From Clostridiales bacterium (GTDB taxonomy: Bacteria > Bacillota > Clostridia > Oscillospirales > Acutalibacteraceae): a stretch of 64,000 nt of DNA. A program made the translations under genes and the position numbers. Position 1 is the first letter of the stretch, and each line of letters begins with the position of its first letter. The notes below the pieces were generated by a model. The model searched no databases, had not been told where the DNA came from, and saw nothing but the letters and a program-made list of their open reading frames with translations. The stretch is from assembly GCA_019415925.1 (NCBI GenBank), contig DXYG01000003.1:1666-65665 (forward strand), in the 5' to 3' direction. Shown one piece after another: positions 49,056 to 59,324 of the stretch.

Positions 49056-49080
49056 ACAGTAACACCTCCGGAAAAAGTTG

Positions 49081-50442
49081 TTAGTTTTTAAGTGCCTGCA
49101 ACGGTGCGGGAATTCTTCCTCCTCGCTTGATAAATGTTTCGGGCGAGCCCTGCCTTACAGGCATTACGGGACCTCTGCCGAGAAGTCCGCCAAAATTGAG
49201 TTCATCACCGGCTTTCTTTCCGATAGCAGGGATAAGTCTTACGGCTGTTGTCTTTGTGTTAACCATTCCGATAGCAGCCTCGTCGGCAATAATTGCCGAG
49301 ATAACCTCGGGAGTAATATCTCCCGGCACAACAATCATATCAAGACCTACAGAGCAAACGGCTGTCATTGATTCAAGCTTTGTGATGTCAAGATAACCGT
49401 TCTGCGCAGCGTCAATCATACCTGCGTCCTCTGTAACGGGAATGAAAGCACCGCTGAGTCCTCCGACGTGAGAGGAAGCCATAACGCCGCCCTTCTTGAC
49501 AGCGTCATTGAGCAGTGCGAGAGCAGCGGTTGTGCCGTGACAGCCGCAGACCTCAAGTCCCATTTCTTCAAGAATATGTGCAACACTGTCGCCGACTGCG
49601 GGAGTCGGTGCAAGTGAAAGGTCAACAATACCAAAGGGTACGCAGAGTCTTTTGCTTGCTTCCTGAGCAACAAGCTGACCCATACGTGTGATTTTAAAGG
49701 CGGTTTTCTTTACCATATCGGCAATTTCCGTAATGTCCTTGCCTGCGCCGCCCTTTGCAAGTGCGGCTCTTACAACGCCCGGACCTGATACGCCTACGTT
49801 AATTACGGTGTCTGCTTCGCCTACGCCGTGAAAAGCGCCTGCCATAAACGGATTGTCCTCGGGAGCGTTGCAGAATACAACAAGCTTAGCCGCACCGATG
49901 CAGTTCCTGTCGGCTGTAACCTCAGCCGTCTGTTTTACGATTTTACCCATCATCTTGACTGCGTCCATATTGATACCTGCTTTTGTAGAGCCGATATTTA
50001 CGGATGAGCAGACAAAGTCGGTTTCGCTCAATGCCTGAGGAATGCTCTCAATAAGCGCATAGTCGCCGCTAGCAAAGCCCTTCTGAACGAGTGCCGAATA
50101 ACCGCCGACGAAATTAACGCCGAGTTCCTTAGCCGCCTTGTCAAGTGCGTATGCAAACTTTACTACCTTTTTGCTCTGGCACGGAGCGGCTACCATTCCG
50201 ATAGGAGTAACAGAGATTCTCTTGTGAATAATCGGGATACCGTATTCCTTCTGAATATCCTCGCCTGTTTTTACAAGCTCCTTTGCCGAACGGCAGATTT
50301 TGTCGTAAACCTTTGTGCAGGCTTTGTCGATATCCTCGTCAATACAGTCAAGAAGCGAAATACCCATAGTAATTGTTCTTACGTCAAGGTTTTCGTTGTC
50401 TATCATATTTATCGTTTCAAGTATGTCTTTTGTTTCTAACAT
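49081..50442 (-). CDS. PFL-family protein (DUF711/UPF0210)
   Basis: [42 protein letters not shown]. Confidence 0.92.
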   Translation of the reverse strand: MLETKDILETINMIDNENLDVRTITMGISLLDCIDEDIDKACTKVYDKICRSAKELVKTGEDIQKEYGIPIIHKRISVTPIGMVAAPCQSKKVVKFAYALDKAAKELGVNFVGGYSALVQKGFASGDYALIESIPQALSETDFVCSSVNIGSTKAGINMDAVKMMGKIVKQTAEVTADRNCIGAAKLVVFCNAPEDNPFMAGAFHGVGEADTVINVGVSGPGVVRAALAKGGAGKDITEIADMVKKTAFKITRMGQLVAQEASKRLCVPFGIVDLSLAPTPAVGDSVAHILEEMGLEVCGCHGTTAALALLNDAVKKGGVMASSHVGGLSGAFIPVTEDAGMIDAAQNGYLDITKLESMTAVCSVGLDMIVVPGDITPEVISAIIADEAAIGMVNTKTTAVRLIPAIGKKAGDELNFGGLLGRGPVMPVRQGSPETFIKRGGRIPAPLQALKN

Positions 50443-50472
50443 TTTATTAAACTATCCTTTCAATCCATCAAT

Positions 50473-50742
50473 TCATATTTTATGCATACTGTTGAAGATA
50501 TCTTCGTGCATAATGTGGATTTTAGTGCCGGTAGCTTCTCCTACCTTGTCAAGGTTTTCTCTTAACTGCTCAAAACCGATGTTTGACTTGTCGATTTCAA
50601 CAAGCATAACCATTGCAAACATATCCTGAAGAACGCTCTGTGTAACTTCAACAATGTTCACGTCTGCCTGTGCGCAGGCGTCTGAAACCTTTGCCAGAAT
50701 GCCAACTGTGTCTTTGCCGATAACTGTAATGATTGCTTTCAT
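50473..50742 (-). CDS. ACT-domain protein (UPF0237)
   Basis: IITVIGKDTVGI...HEDIFNSMHKI; usual partner of DUF711. Confidence 0.92.
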   Translation of the reverse strand: MKAIITVIGKDTVGILAKVSDACAQADVNIVEVTQSVLQDMFAMVMLVEIDKSNIGFEQLRENLDKVGEATGTKIHIMHEDIFNSMHKI

Positions 50743-50923
50743 AAGATAACCTCCCGATTATGCAGGATTAAAGAATTGAACTTGCATAATTCCGCAATAA
50801 TCTTTTAATAAGTATATAATAATTCATTGTTGTTTATTATATACTTATTTTTGACTAATGTAAAGGCAAAACTTGCATAAATTTGATTGTTATGATATTA
50901 TTTTTTTGGGAGGTATCGGATTT

Positions 50924-51745
50924 ATGAAACTATGTGACCTGCATATGCACTCGAATAATTCTTTTGATGCAAAAAACTCTGTTGACGAAATGTGTGAGAG
51001 TGCGATAAAAAGCGGTTTATACGCTGTTGCAATCACCGACCACTGCGAGGCTCCTTGGATAAAAGACGGCGAAAACTGCGAATACGGAAGCTTTGACAGA
51101 CTTATTCCGAAATCAATTGCAGAAACCCTGTCAGCAAAGGAAAAATACGTCGGAAAACTAAAGGTGTTGTGCGGAATAGAGCTTGGTGAGCCTATGCACG
51201 ATAAGGAATGTACCGAAAGGGCTTTAGCTTACGGCGCAAGCGACTTTACACTCGCCTCTGTGCATAATCTCAGAGGTATGGAGGACTTCTATTTTATCGA
51301 CTGGACAAAAGTCAGCGTTGATGAAATTTTGAAGCTGTACTTTGCCGAACTTGCAGAAACAGCAGAATTTGAATACTTTGACAGCCTTGCTCACCTTACA
51401 TATCCGCTCAGGTATATCAAGGTAAAAACGGGAAAAATTCCCGACCTTTCAGTATTTTATGGTGATATTGACAATATATTTAAAATTCTTATAAAGAACA
51501 ATAAAGCGCTTGAAATAAACGTTTCGGGCTTGTTCAAGGAATTGAAAACAACACTCCCTGACGAAACGCTTGTAAGACGTTTCAGAGAACTGGGCGGAAA
51601 ATATATCACGCTGGGAACAGATTCACACAGCGCAGATTCTGTCGGAAAAGGCATAAAAGAGGGAACAAAGGTTGCCAAAAATGCAGGCTTTACTCACTAT
51701 ACTATTTACGAAAATCATCATCCGATACAGATTCCGATTGAGTAA
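50924..51745 (+). CDS. PHP-family (HisJ-type) histidinol-phosphatase
   Basis: DLHMHS, ITDHCE, LAHL, LEINVS, GTDSH. Confidence 0.85.
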   Translation: MKLCDLHMHSNNSFDAKNSVDEMCESAIKSGLYAVAITDHCEAPWIKDGENCEYGSFDRLIPKSIAETLSAKEKYVGKLKVLCGIELGEPMHDKECTERALAYGASDFTLASVHNLRGMEDFYFIDWTKVSVDEILKLYFAELAETAEFEYFDSLAHLTYPLRYIKVKTGKIPDLSVFYGDIDNIFKILIKNNKALEINVSGLFKELKTTLPDETLVRRFRELGGKYITLGTDSHSADSVGKGIKEGTKVAKNAGFTHYTIYENHHPIQIPIE

Positions 51746-51780
51746 TTCTAACGCTAAATAAAGAATATGACGTTAATATG

Positions 51781-51809
51781 TTGCAATTGTGGTATAATTA
51801 TGGTATAAT
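51781..51809 (+). promoter_or_regulatory. sigmaA promoter of the TA operon, with a repeated TGGTATAAT
   Basis: TTGCAA-N17-TATAAT; TGGTATAAT occurs twice, 11 bp apart. Confidence 0.65.
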
Positions 51810-51851
51810 ACTACTCCAATGTAGTACTATCAATTTGAAAGGAGCAAAATT

Positions 51852-52112
51852 ATGCCGCAAATAATTCCAATAAAAGATTTGAAAAATACAAGCGAAATAT
51901 CTTCACTTTGCCATAACACAGATGAACCCGTTTTTGTGACAAAAAACGGATATGGTGATATGGTTATAATGAGTATGGACGTATATGAAAAGACTATGTT
52001 TATGCAAGAACTCTATAATAAGCTTCAGCTTGCCGAAAGACAGATTGAAGATGGAGAAGTCAAAGAAGCAAAAACTGCCTTATCGGACTTGAGGAAAAAA
52101 TATGGATTATAA
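51852..52112 (+). CDS. Phd/YefM-family antitoxin
   Basis: IIPIKDLKN...EPVFVTKNGYGDMVIMS. Confidence 0.9.
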   Translation: MPQIIPIKDLKNTSEISSLCHNTDEPVFVTKNGYGDMVIMSMDVYEKTMFMQELYNKLQLAERQIEDGEVKEAKTALSDLRKKYGL

Positions 52113-52413
52113 TATTATTGTAACTCGAACAGCTGAAATTGAACTTGATGATATTGTAATTTATATTTCCAATCATCTTGAAAATCGACAAGCTGCAACT
52201 GATTTTTTAAATAAGATTGAAGTTTGTTATGCTCGTCTAACAGATAATCCGTTTATGTATAAAGAATGCGAGGACATAAATCTAAAAAATAATGGTTACA
52301 GAAAAGCTGTAATTAATAATTATATTATGATTTACAGAGTCGATGAAATATATAAAAAAGTGTATATAATGCATTTTTTCTATGGCAGACGAGATTACTT
52401 CAATTTGATTTAA
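52102..52413 (+). CDS. RelE/ParE-family toxin
   Basis: AEIELDDIVIYI, L.DNP, YRKAVINNYIMIYRV, FYGRRDY; overlaps the antitoxin. Confidence 0.9.
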   Translation: MDYNIIVTRTAEIELDDIVIYISNHLENRQAATDFLNKIEVCYARLTDNPFMYKECEDINLKNNGYRKAVINNYIMIYRVDEIYKKVYIMHFFYGRRDYFNLI

Positions 52414-52414
52414 A

Positions 52415-52455
52415 AAAACGAGGCTTCCGCATTATTGGAAGCCTCGTTGCTTTTA
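52415..52455. terminator. bidirectional terminator
   Basis: AACGAGGCTTCC...GGAAGCCTCGTT. Confidence 0.85.
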
Positions 52456-52478
52456 TTTTATAAACTATAAATTTGTAA

Positions 52479-53351
52479 TTATAATGTCTTTGCGATTTCT
52501 TTTATGTATTCCTTCAGCTGGTCCTTGGTTTCGGGGTGTTCAAGACCTACTTCAATCTGCGCCTGCAAAATTCCGAACTTGTTTCCCATATCGTAACGCT
52601 TGCCCTCAAATTCAACTGCGGTCATACCCTTTGTAACTGCAATTTCACGCATTGCGTCGGTAAGCTGAATTTCACCGCCTGCACCGGGCTTTGTACGCTC
52701 AAGAATTTCGAAAATCTCGGCAGGAAGTACGCATCTGTCAAGAATTGAATACAGCGAAAGTACTTCTTCCTTAGTCTGCGGCTTTTCCTTCATATCTGTG
52801 CATTTGAATACATTGTCGTGCAGATTTTCAACCTTCAGCGAGCCGTACTTGTGAATATCCTGTTCGGGTACAAGCTTTACGCCAACAACGCCCTCACCGT
52901 ACTCGCCGTAGCAATCGATAAGCTGTTTGATTGCAGGAGTTTTGCTGACGATAACGCCGTCGCCGTACATAACTGCAAAAGGCTCGTTGCCGACAAATGA
53001 TTTTGCCTTTAATACTGCGTGACCTAAACCCTTCATCTCTTTTTGTCTGATAAAGGTGATGTTTGCAAGGTTTGAAATTGCCCTTACAGTTTCAAGAAAT
53101 TCCGTCTTGCCGCTCTTTTCAAGCTGTGCTTCAAGCTCGGGAGAAGCGTCAAAGTGGTCTTCAATCAGTCCCTTGCCTCTGTTGGTGATAATCAGAATAT
53201 CAGTGATTCCGGCAGCTACGGCTTCTTCTACGATGTACTGAATAGTAGGCTTGTCAACAATGGGGAACATTTCCTTAGGCATATTTTTTGTAGCAGGAAG
53301 AACTCTTGTGCCTAATCCTGCCGCAGGAATAACTGCTTTGGTAATTTTCAT
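52479..53351 (-). CDS. galU: UTP--glucose-1-phosphate uridylyltransferase
   Basis: KAVIPAAGLGTRVLPATK..PKEM, GLGHAV, EKP, GEIQLTDA. Confidence 0.95.
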   Translation of the reverse strand: MKITKAVIPAAGLGTRVLPATKNMPKEMFPIVDKPTIQYIVEEAVAAGITDILIITNRGKGLIEDHFDASPELEAQLEKSGKTEFLETVRAISNLANITFIRQKEMKGLGHAVLKAKSFVGNEPFAVMYGDGVIVSKTPAIKQLIDCYGEYGEGVVGVKLVPEQDIHKYGSLKVENLHDNVFKCTDMKEKPQTKEEVLSLYSILDRCVLPAEIFEILERTKPGAGGEIQLTDAMREIAVTKGMTAVEFEGKRYDMGNKFGILQAQIEVGLEHPETKDQLKEYIKEIAKTL

Positions 53352-53392
53352 TTCAGTCCTCCGAAAAATGATAATAAAATGATAATAATTTT

Positions 53393-54409
53393 TTATAAAC
53401 TGATGAACAGCGGAATGTAGGAAACAATCACATATGCAGCTTCAAAGCAGACTGCAAGTGCAAGGTTAACTCCTCCGCAGCTTTCAAGCTCCTTGTTGAT
53501 GTTGGGTGAATCAACTTTGGACTTGATAAGGTTGATTTTCTTTGTACAGTGCTTATAATAGGCTCGGTTTGCCGTTATACCGCAGATTATCATAATAATC
53601 AGCTTTGCAAGACTCAGAATGTACGGCAAATACATAAAGATAATTTCATTCATTGAGAATTCAGAAGAAAGTGAGAAAGAATAAAACATCTGAGTGCCGT
53701 TCTGCATATTCAGCAGACTGTTAATAAGCTCCTGATACTCAGGCATAAGCTGAATAAATGTTTCACCGACGGTAATTCCGATTACGAGCAAGGAAAGTAT
53801 AATTCCCACAGCAATCATTTTTCTGTAAAGGAAATAAACTCCCGAAAACAGAAAAGCCGCAAAGTTAAAGCGTGAACTTCCGAAATTCTTGATTCGGTTG
53901 AACACAATCATAAAATACGGAGTGTTTTTGCCGACAAATTTTGACATTTCTCCTGCCGTTACATTGTCTGCAATCGGCTGTTCGCTGTCAATTCCTGCCA
54001 TCGGGTCAAACGGCATTCCTGCTCCGCCAAAACCGAACGGTGGTACGCCCTGATAAAAAGGCTGACCGTTGTTGCCGTTCTGTGTGTTCTGATTGTTGTT
54101 CTGCTTTCTGTCCTGTTCGTTGAGCGGAAAACCGCACTTCTGGCAGTAAAACGTGGCTTTTTCGTTTTCAAAACCGCATTTCTGGCAGATTATAGTACCT
54201 CCATCGGTTTTATCTGAATCGCCTTTATTTTCACTGTATATTTCTTCAAAGGAAAAATCCTTTGAATGCTTGTCCTCATAAAAGCAATGTCCGTTATTTT
54301 CGTAACATTCACGGTGATGCGGTGCTCCGCATTCGGGGCACACAACAATGTCGTCACCGCTTTTGAATTGTTCATTGCATACGGGGCATTTGTATTGAGT
54401 AAATTCCAT
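53393..54409 (-). CDS. RING/zinc-ribbon membrane protein (DUF2628-like)
   Basis: CPVC...CPECGAPHHREC; CQKC..CQKC; FNFAAFLFSGVYFLYRKM. Confidence 0.75.
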   Translation of the reverse strand: MEFTQYKCPVCNEQFKSGDDIVVCPECGAPHHRECYENNGHCFYEDKHSKDFSFEEIYSENKGDSDKTDGGTIICQKCGFENEKATFYCQKCGFPLNEQDRKQNNNQNTQNGNNGQPFYQGVPPFGFGGAGMPFDPMAGIDSEQPIADNVTAGEMSKFVGKNTPYFMIVFNRIKNFGSSRFNFAAFLFSGVYFLYRKMIAVGIILSLLVIGITVGETFIQLMPEYQELINSLLNMQNGTQMFYSFSLSSEFSMNEIIFMYLPYILSLAKLIIMIICGITANRAYYKHCTKKINLIKSKVDSPNINKELESCGGVNLALAVCFEAAYVIVSYIPLFISL

Positions 54410-54593
54410 AATTTCCTCCGTATATTCTTTTACAAGTTAATTATAACAAATAAAAACTCTAATTGCAACAATAATAATAATTTATTAATTTATTTAAAAT
54501 ACACGTTTACATTTCTGCTCGAATTTGGTATAATAACAAATTGTGATAAGATAATGTTAAATAAAAATATATATCAAAGAAAGGTATGTGTTT

Positions 54594-55712
54594 ATGGTAC
54601 AGTTTGAAGAATTGCTGCTCGGACTTCAGGCGTTAAAGCCTGAAATTGACGATTTGTCCGACGCTCTCGGAATGAAGGGAATGCTATCCGAAATTCAGCA
54701 GCTTGAGCTTAAGGCTACCGAACCGGGATTCTGGGATGACGTTGAAAAGTCGCAGAAGGTTTTGCAGAGAACAGGTGCGCTCAAGGGCAAGGTAGAAGCT
54801 TACGAAGGTCTTGTTGCAAAATACGAGGACACCGTTGCTTTGATTGAGCTTGCAAATGAGGAAGAGGACTTGTCACTGCTTGAAGAGGCTGAAAGCGAAG
54901 TTAACGCAGTTAAGGAAAACCTTGAAAAGCAAAGACTTCAGACCTTGCTTACAGGCGAATACGATAAAAACAATGCAATTCTCACTTTCCACGCCGGCTC
55001 AGGCGGAACAGAAGCTCAGGACTGGGCTGAAATGCTTTACAGAATGTACACACGCTGGGCGGAGGCTCACGGATTCAAGGTCAAAGAGGTAGACTACCTC
55101 GACGGCGACGAGGCAGGACTTAAAAGTGCCGTTCTGCTTATCGAGGGCGAAAACGCATACGGTTATCTGAAAAGCGAGGCAGGCGTTCACCGCCTTGTGC
55201 GTGTATCTCCGTTTGACTCGGCAGGCAGACGCCACACGAGCTTTTCTTCATTAGAGGTTATGCCCGAAATGGACGATGATATTCAGGTTAACATTGCACC
55301 CGAGGATATTAAAATGGACGTTTACCGTGCAAGCGGCGCAGGCGGACAGAAGGTAAATAAAACCTCATCTGCCGTTCGTCTTACTCATATACCGACAGGT
55401 ATCGTAGTAGCAAGTCAGGTTGAGCGTAGCCAGTACCAGAACCGTGATGTTGCAATGAAAATGCTTATTTCAAAGCTCGTTGAAATCAAGGAGCGTGAGC
55501 ATCTTGAAAAAATCGAGGATATCAAGGGCGTTCAGAAAGAAATTACATGGGGTTCGCAGATTCGAAGCTACGTCTTTATGCCCTATACAATGGTAAAGGA
55601 CCACAGAACAGGATTTGAAACGGGTAACATTCAGGGCGTTATGGACGGCGACCTTGACGGATTTATCAATGCATACTTAAAATGTGCAAGCCTTGGAACC
55701 TTGCAGAAATAA
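54594..55712 (+). CDS. prfB: peptide chain release factor 2 (no programmed frameshift)
   Basis: SPF motif (RVSPFD), GGQ, GGTEAQDWAEML; continuous ORF. Confidence 0.96.
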   Translation: MVQFEELLLGLQALKPEIDDLSDALGMKGMLSEIQQLELKATEPGFWDDVEKSQKVLQRTGALKGKVEAYEGLVAKYEDTVALIELANEEEDLSLLEEAESEVNAVKENLEKQRLQTLLTGEYDKNNAILTFHAGSGGTEAQDWAEMLYRMYTRWAEAHGFKVKEVDYLDGDEAGLKSAVLLIEGENAYGYLKSEAGVHRLVRVSPFDSAGRRHTSFSSLEVMPEMDDDIQVNIAPEDIKMDVYRASGAGGQKVNKTSSAVRLTHIPTGIVVASQVERSQYQNRDVAMKMLISKLVEIKEREHLEKIEDIKGVQKEITWGSQIRSYVFMPYTMVKDHRTGFETGNIQGVMDGDLDGFINAYLKCASLGTLQK

Positions 55713-55726
55713 AAAGGGGTAATTTT

Positions 55727-56938
55727 ATGAAATATTTTGTAATGCTTTGTGACGGAATGGCTGACGAGCCTGTTGAAGCGCTCGGCAACAAAACTCCTAT
55801 GGAAAAGGCTGTAAAGCCTTGTATGGACAGCCTTGCCGCAAAAGGCGAAGTCGGAATGGTAAAGACTGTTGCAGAGGGCTTAAAGCCCGGCAGTGACGTT
55901 GCAAACCTTTCCGTTCTCGGATATGAGCCTGCAATCTATTACAGCGGACGTTCTCCGCTTGAGGCGGCAAGCATAGGAATTGATTTAAAGGACACCGACG
56001 TTACTTTAAGATGTAACCTTGTAACGCTTTCCGACGAGGAAAATTATGAGGATAAAACAATGGTTGACTACTGCGGCGGCGATATTTCAACGCAGGAAGC
56101 AAAGGTTTTAATAGATTACATTCAGGAACAGCTCGGTGATGATACTTTCAAATTCTATTCGGGCGTTTCGTACCGTCATTGCCTTGTGTGGAGCAACGGC
56201 AATCCTCACCCCGGCGAGCTTACGCCACCGCACGATATTTCAAACCGTGTGATTACCGATTATATTCCAAAGGGCGAGGACACAGCAAAGCTTTATGAGC
56301 TTATGATGAAGAGTTATGATTTGCTCAAGGATCACCCTGTAAATAAGCAGAGGGTTGCAGAGGGCAAGCGTCCTGCAAACTCAATCTGGCTCTGGGGCGA
56401 GGGCACAAAACCTCAACTTGACAGCTTTTTTGGCAAATTCGGCAAGAAGGGCAGTATGATTTCCGCAGTTGACCTTTTAAAGGGAATTGCAATCTGCGCA
56501 GGAATGAAGAGCGTTGACGTTGAAGGTGCAACAGGCTACATAGACACCAATTTTGACGGCAAGTGCAAAGCGGCAATTGAGGAGTTTAAGAACGGTGCAG
56601 ATTTTGTTTACGTTCACGTTGAAGCACCCGACGAGTGCGGTCACAGAGGAGAAACGGAGAACAAGGTAAAGGCTATTGAGCTTATCGACAAGCATATTCT
56701 TGCACCTGTAACCGAGTTCTTGAAAGGTTATGACGATTTTGCAGTTCTCGTTTGTCCAGACCACCCGACACCGCTTTCAATCCGCACACACAGCTCAAAT
56801 CCTGTTCCGTACCTCATTTATGACAGCAAAAATGAAATCCAAAGCAATGTAAAATGCTTCTGCGAAAAGACAGCAAAGCAGACAGGTAACTACATAGAAA
56901 AAGGCTTTACAATGATGGACTATTTCCTGTCAAAATAA
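55727..56938 (+). CDS. apgM: cofactor-independent phosphoglycerate mutase (ApgM type)
   Basis: DGMAD, PGSDVANL, GRSPLEA, HVEAPDECGH, PDHPTP..RTH. Confidence 0.88.
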   Translation: MKYFVMLCDGMADEPVEALGNKTPMEKAVKPCMDSLAAKGEVGMVKTVAEGLKPGSDVANLSVLGYEPAIYYSGRSPLEAASIGIDLKDTDVTLRCNLVTLSDEENYEDKTMVDYCGGDISTQEAKVLIDYIQEQLGDDTFKFYSGVSYRHCLVWSNGNPHPGELTPPHDISNRVITDYIPKGEDTAKLYELMMKSYDLLKDHPVNKQRVAEGKRPANSIWLWGEGTKPQLDSFFGKFGKKGSMISAVDLLKGIAICAGMKSVDVEGATGYIDTNFDGKCKAAIEEFKNGADFVYVHVEAPDECGHRGETENKVKAIELIDKHILAPVTEFLKGYDDFAVLVCPDHPTPLSIRTHSSNPVPYLIYDSKNEIQSNVKCFCEKTAKQTGNYIEKGFTMMDYFLSK

Positions 56939-57019
56939 ACTGTTTTTTAGGAAAACCATAATGTAACCTTGAACATACATCAGCGTTTGCGTAGGAAAGT
57001 CAACGTTTTCTGTATCGCC

Positions 57020-57045
57020 GTAGGGGACGGCATCCCTGACGTCCC
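57020..57045 (+). repeat. solo GTAG-type REP hairpin
   Basis: GTAGGGGACGGCATCCCTGACGTCCC, 25/26 identical to 21055-21080. Confidence 0.8.
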
Positions 57046-57170
57046 AAAACGCTGCCAACATATCAAGAATAATTATGCTAATAAACTTTTCCAAAAAACA
57101 TATACTATTACAGATTCGGAGCGTAGCGACCTTTAACTCCACACTCCACTCTTAACACTCCAAACTAATA

Positions 57171-57210
57171 ATGACCTCAACGGATAATTTTCCGTTGAGG
57201 TCATATTTTT
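57171..57210 (+). terminator. terminator
   Basis: ATGACCTCAACGGA...TCCGTTGAGGTCAT then ATTTTT. Confidence 0.8.
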
Positions 57211-57229
57211 ATGCTTGTCAACATAGTAT
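57201..57229 (+). promoter_or_regulatory. sigmaE promoter of the spoIIIA operon
   Basis: TCATATT-N14-CATAGTAT; spoIIIA is sigmaE-dependent in Bacillus and Clostridium. Confidence 0.7.
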
Positions 57230-57261
57230 CTATTAAGCAAATAATTTTGGAGGAATTTAAA

Positions 57262-58212
57262 ATGACAAGCATTCAGGATAAGGAACGTTTTATTCAGGCT
57301 GTAAAATGCCTGTGCCCGTCAATCTGCAAAAGACTTTTTCCACTGAGCGAACGGTTTGAAAATTCTGCACAGGAAATAAGACTGCGAATTAACCGACCGC
57401 TTTGCATAGTCTGCACCGACAATACATATTATGTTACATCAAACGGAGGGTTGACAAGCACACCGATAGACGGCTCAATGTACATTGTTACACGTGCCGA
57501 CATTGCAGACACGTTTCAGAATATCTGCAATTATTCGGTTTACACAAGGCAGAATGAAATTATAAACGGCTTTGTCACAATGTATGGCGGGCACAGGGCG
57601 GGAATCTGTGGAACGTCTGTTGTGAACAACGGCAAAATCGTAAATATTCGTGACATTTCCTCAATCAATATTCGTATTGCAAGGGAGCACAAGGGTTGTG
57701 CAAAACAGCTTTTAGACAGGCTCGGCAATCTGCGTGGCGGTGTTCTGATTTGCGGTGCTCCCTGTTCGGGAAAGACTACCGTCCTGCGTGATATGGCACG
57801 TATGCTTTCAACGAAGTACGGCAAAAATGTTTCGCTGATTGACGAAAGAGGTGAGCTTGCAGGAGCAGTTTCGGGTGTGTTCAGAAACGACATTGGTATG
57901 TGCGACGTTTACGATTCCTACAAAAAAAGTGAGGCTATGATGCAGGCGGTGCGGAGCATGGCACCCGACATTATAATCTGCGATGAAATCGGAGCGTCAG
58001 ATGATATTGAGACTATTGAACATACGGTTAACAGCGGAGTGACGGTAATTGCAACCGTCCACGCCGCAAATGAGTACGAGCTTAAGCACAAGGAAAACAT
58101 ACGCAGAATTTTCAGGACAGGGGCGTTTTCCAAGGTCGTTTTTCTCTCCGACAAAAAAACTCCCGGCAAAGTTTTGAAAATCTCCGAAGCAGGTGACATC
58201 TTTGGCACTTAA
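57262..58212 (+). CDS. spoIIIAA: stage III sporulation protein AA
   Basis: EIRLR, GGHRAGICG, SINIRIARE, GAPCSGKTT, IDERGEL, SMAPDIIICDEIG. Confidence 0.94.
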   Translation: MTSIQDKERFIQAVKCLCPSICKRLFPLSERFENSAQEIRLRINRPLCIVCTDNTYYVTSNGGLTSTPIDGSMYIVTRADIADTFQNICNYSVYTRQNEIINGFVTMYGGHRAGICGTSVVNNGKIVNIRDISSINIRIAREHKGCAKQLLDRLGNLRGGVLICGAPCSGKTTVLRDMARMLSTKYGKNVSLIDERGELAGAVSGVFRNDIGMCDVYDSYKKSEAMMQAVRSMAPDIIICDEIGASDDIETIEHTVNSGVTVIATVHAANEYELKHKENIRRIFRTGAFSKVVFLSDKKTPGKVLKISEAGDIFGT

Positions 58213-58699
58213 AATCTTAGGCGGACTTCTGCTTGTGCTTTCGGGATTTTCGGCAGGGTGGTTCTGCTCCAAAAAGCTTTTGATGCGAAGAAATTTCTTT
58301 AAAAAATTTTTATGCTTTGTATCAAACCTTTCAACTCAGCTACGCTATAGTACGTCCGATATTTTCACGCTCGTGTCGCTCTCGGCCGTCACATCGGGAC
58401 TTGACTTCTTTGAAATATGCGATGAAACGGGTAATCCGTTTTACGAAATATGGAGCGAAAGAGTAAATGAAATACCCTCTAAATTCGGACTGAAAAACAG
58501 CGACAGACAGCTTTTGCTTGAATTCGGGGAACAACTCGGCAAAACCGACGTTGACGGTCAGCTAAAGCACCTTGAGCTGTATGAGGCGTTATTTAAAAAA
58601 CAGCTTACGGATGCAGAAAACGAGATAAATAAAAAATCAAAGCTATACAAAACGATGGGCTTTTTTGTCGGAACGGCAGCGGCTCTGATGATTATATAA
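58193..58699 (+). CDS. spoIIIAB: stage III sporulation protein AB
   Basis: LGKTDVDGQ...KLYKTMG; operon order. Confidence 0.88.
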   Translation: MTSLALKILGGLLLVLSGFSAGWFCSKKLLMRRNFFKKFLCFVSNLSTQLRYSTSDIFTLVSLSAVTSGLDFFEICDETGNPFYEIWSERVNEIPSKFGLKNSDRQLLLEFGEQLGKTDVDGQLKHLELYEALFKKQLTDAENEINKKSKLYKTMGFFVGTAAALMII

Positions 58700-58708
58700 G
58701 AGGTAAAA

Positions 58709-58903
58709 ATGGACGTTGAGCTTATTTTCAAAATTGCGGCGGTCGGAATAATTGTTGCGGTGCTTACTCAGCTTTTAATACGCAGCGGACGTGAGGAACA
58801 GGCAATGCTTACTTCACTTGCAGGGCTTATTGTGGTGCTTACGCTCATAATAACCCAGATAAGCTCGCTGTTCTCAACAATAAAACAGCTTTTTGGATTT
58901 TAA
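58709..58903 (+). CDS. spoIIIAC: stage III sporulation protein AC
   Basis: MDVELIFKIAAVGIIVAVL..GREEQA. Confidence 0.93.
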   Translation: MDVELIFKIAAVGIIVAVLTQLLIRSGREEQAMLTSLAGLIVVLTLIITQISSLFSTIKQLFGF

Positions 58904-59290
58904 ATGAATATACTTTCAGTTTGTGTTCTTGCCGTAGTTACCGTAATTATTATGGTAATGCTCAAGCCAAAAAACGGTGAAATTGCTTTAATGCTCGGAC
59001 TAGCCTGCTCGGTACTTGTTTTGTTTTCCGTATTGTCGCAGGTTTCGGGCGTGATAGAAACAATCAACAGTATAATTGCCGCCTCGCAAATCAGTACAAG
59101 CTACGTAGTGATACTGCTTAAGGTCATCGGAATTTGCCTTGTAACCGAGTTTGCGGTAAACACCTGCAAGGATGCAGGAAGCCAGTCGCTTGCAAATAAT
59201 GTATCGCTTGCAGGAAAGATTATGGTGACGATAACCTCACTGCCGCTTTATTCCGATATTTTAAACACCGTTTTGTCGCTTGTTTCGTAA
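58904..59290 (+). CDS. spoIIIAD: stage III sporulation protein AD
   Basis: LLKVIGI..TEF...CKDAG...LAGKI. Confidence 0.92.
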   Translation: MNILSVCVLAVVTVIIMVMLKPKNGEIALMLGLACSVLVLFSVLSQVSGVIETINSIIAASQISTSYVVILLKVIGICLVTEFAVNTCKDAGSQSLANNVSLAGKIMVTITSLPLYSDILNTVLSLVS

Positions 59291-59324
59291 TTTTATTATA
59301 TAACCTCATTTATGGAGGAATGAC

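Noticed and set aside
50757..50802. Hairpin upstream of the ACT/DUF711 genes as a possible riboswitch
   Set aside because: No recognisable aptamer motif; too short and AT-rich to support a call.
51852..52413. Toxin-antitoxin pair as a novel system
   Set aside because: An ordinary Phd/YefM-RelE/ParE type II module.
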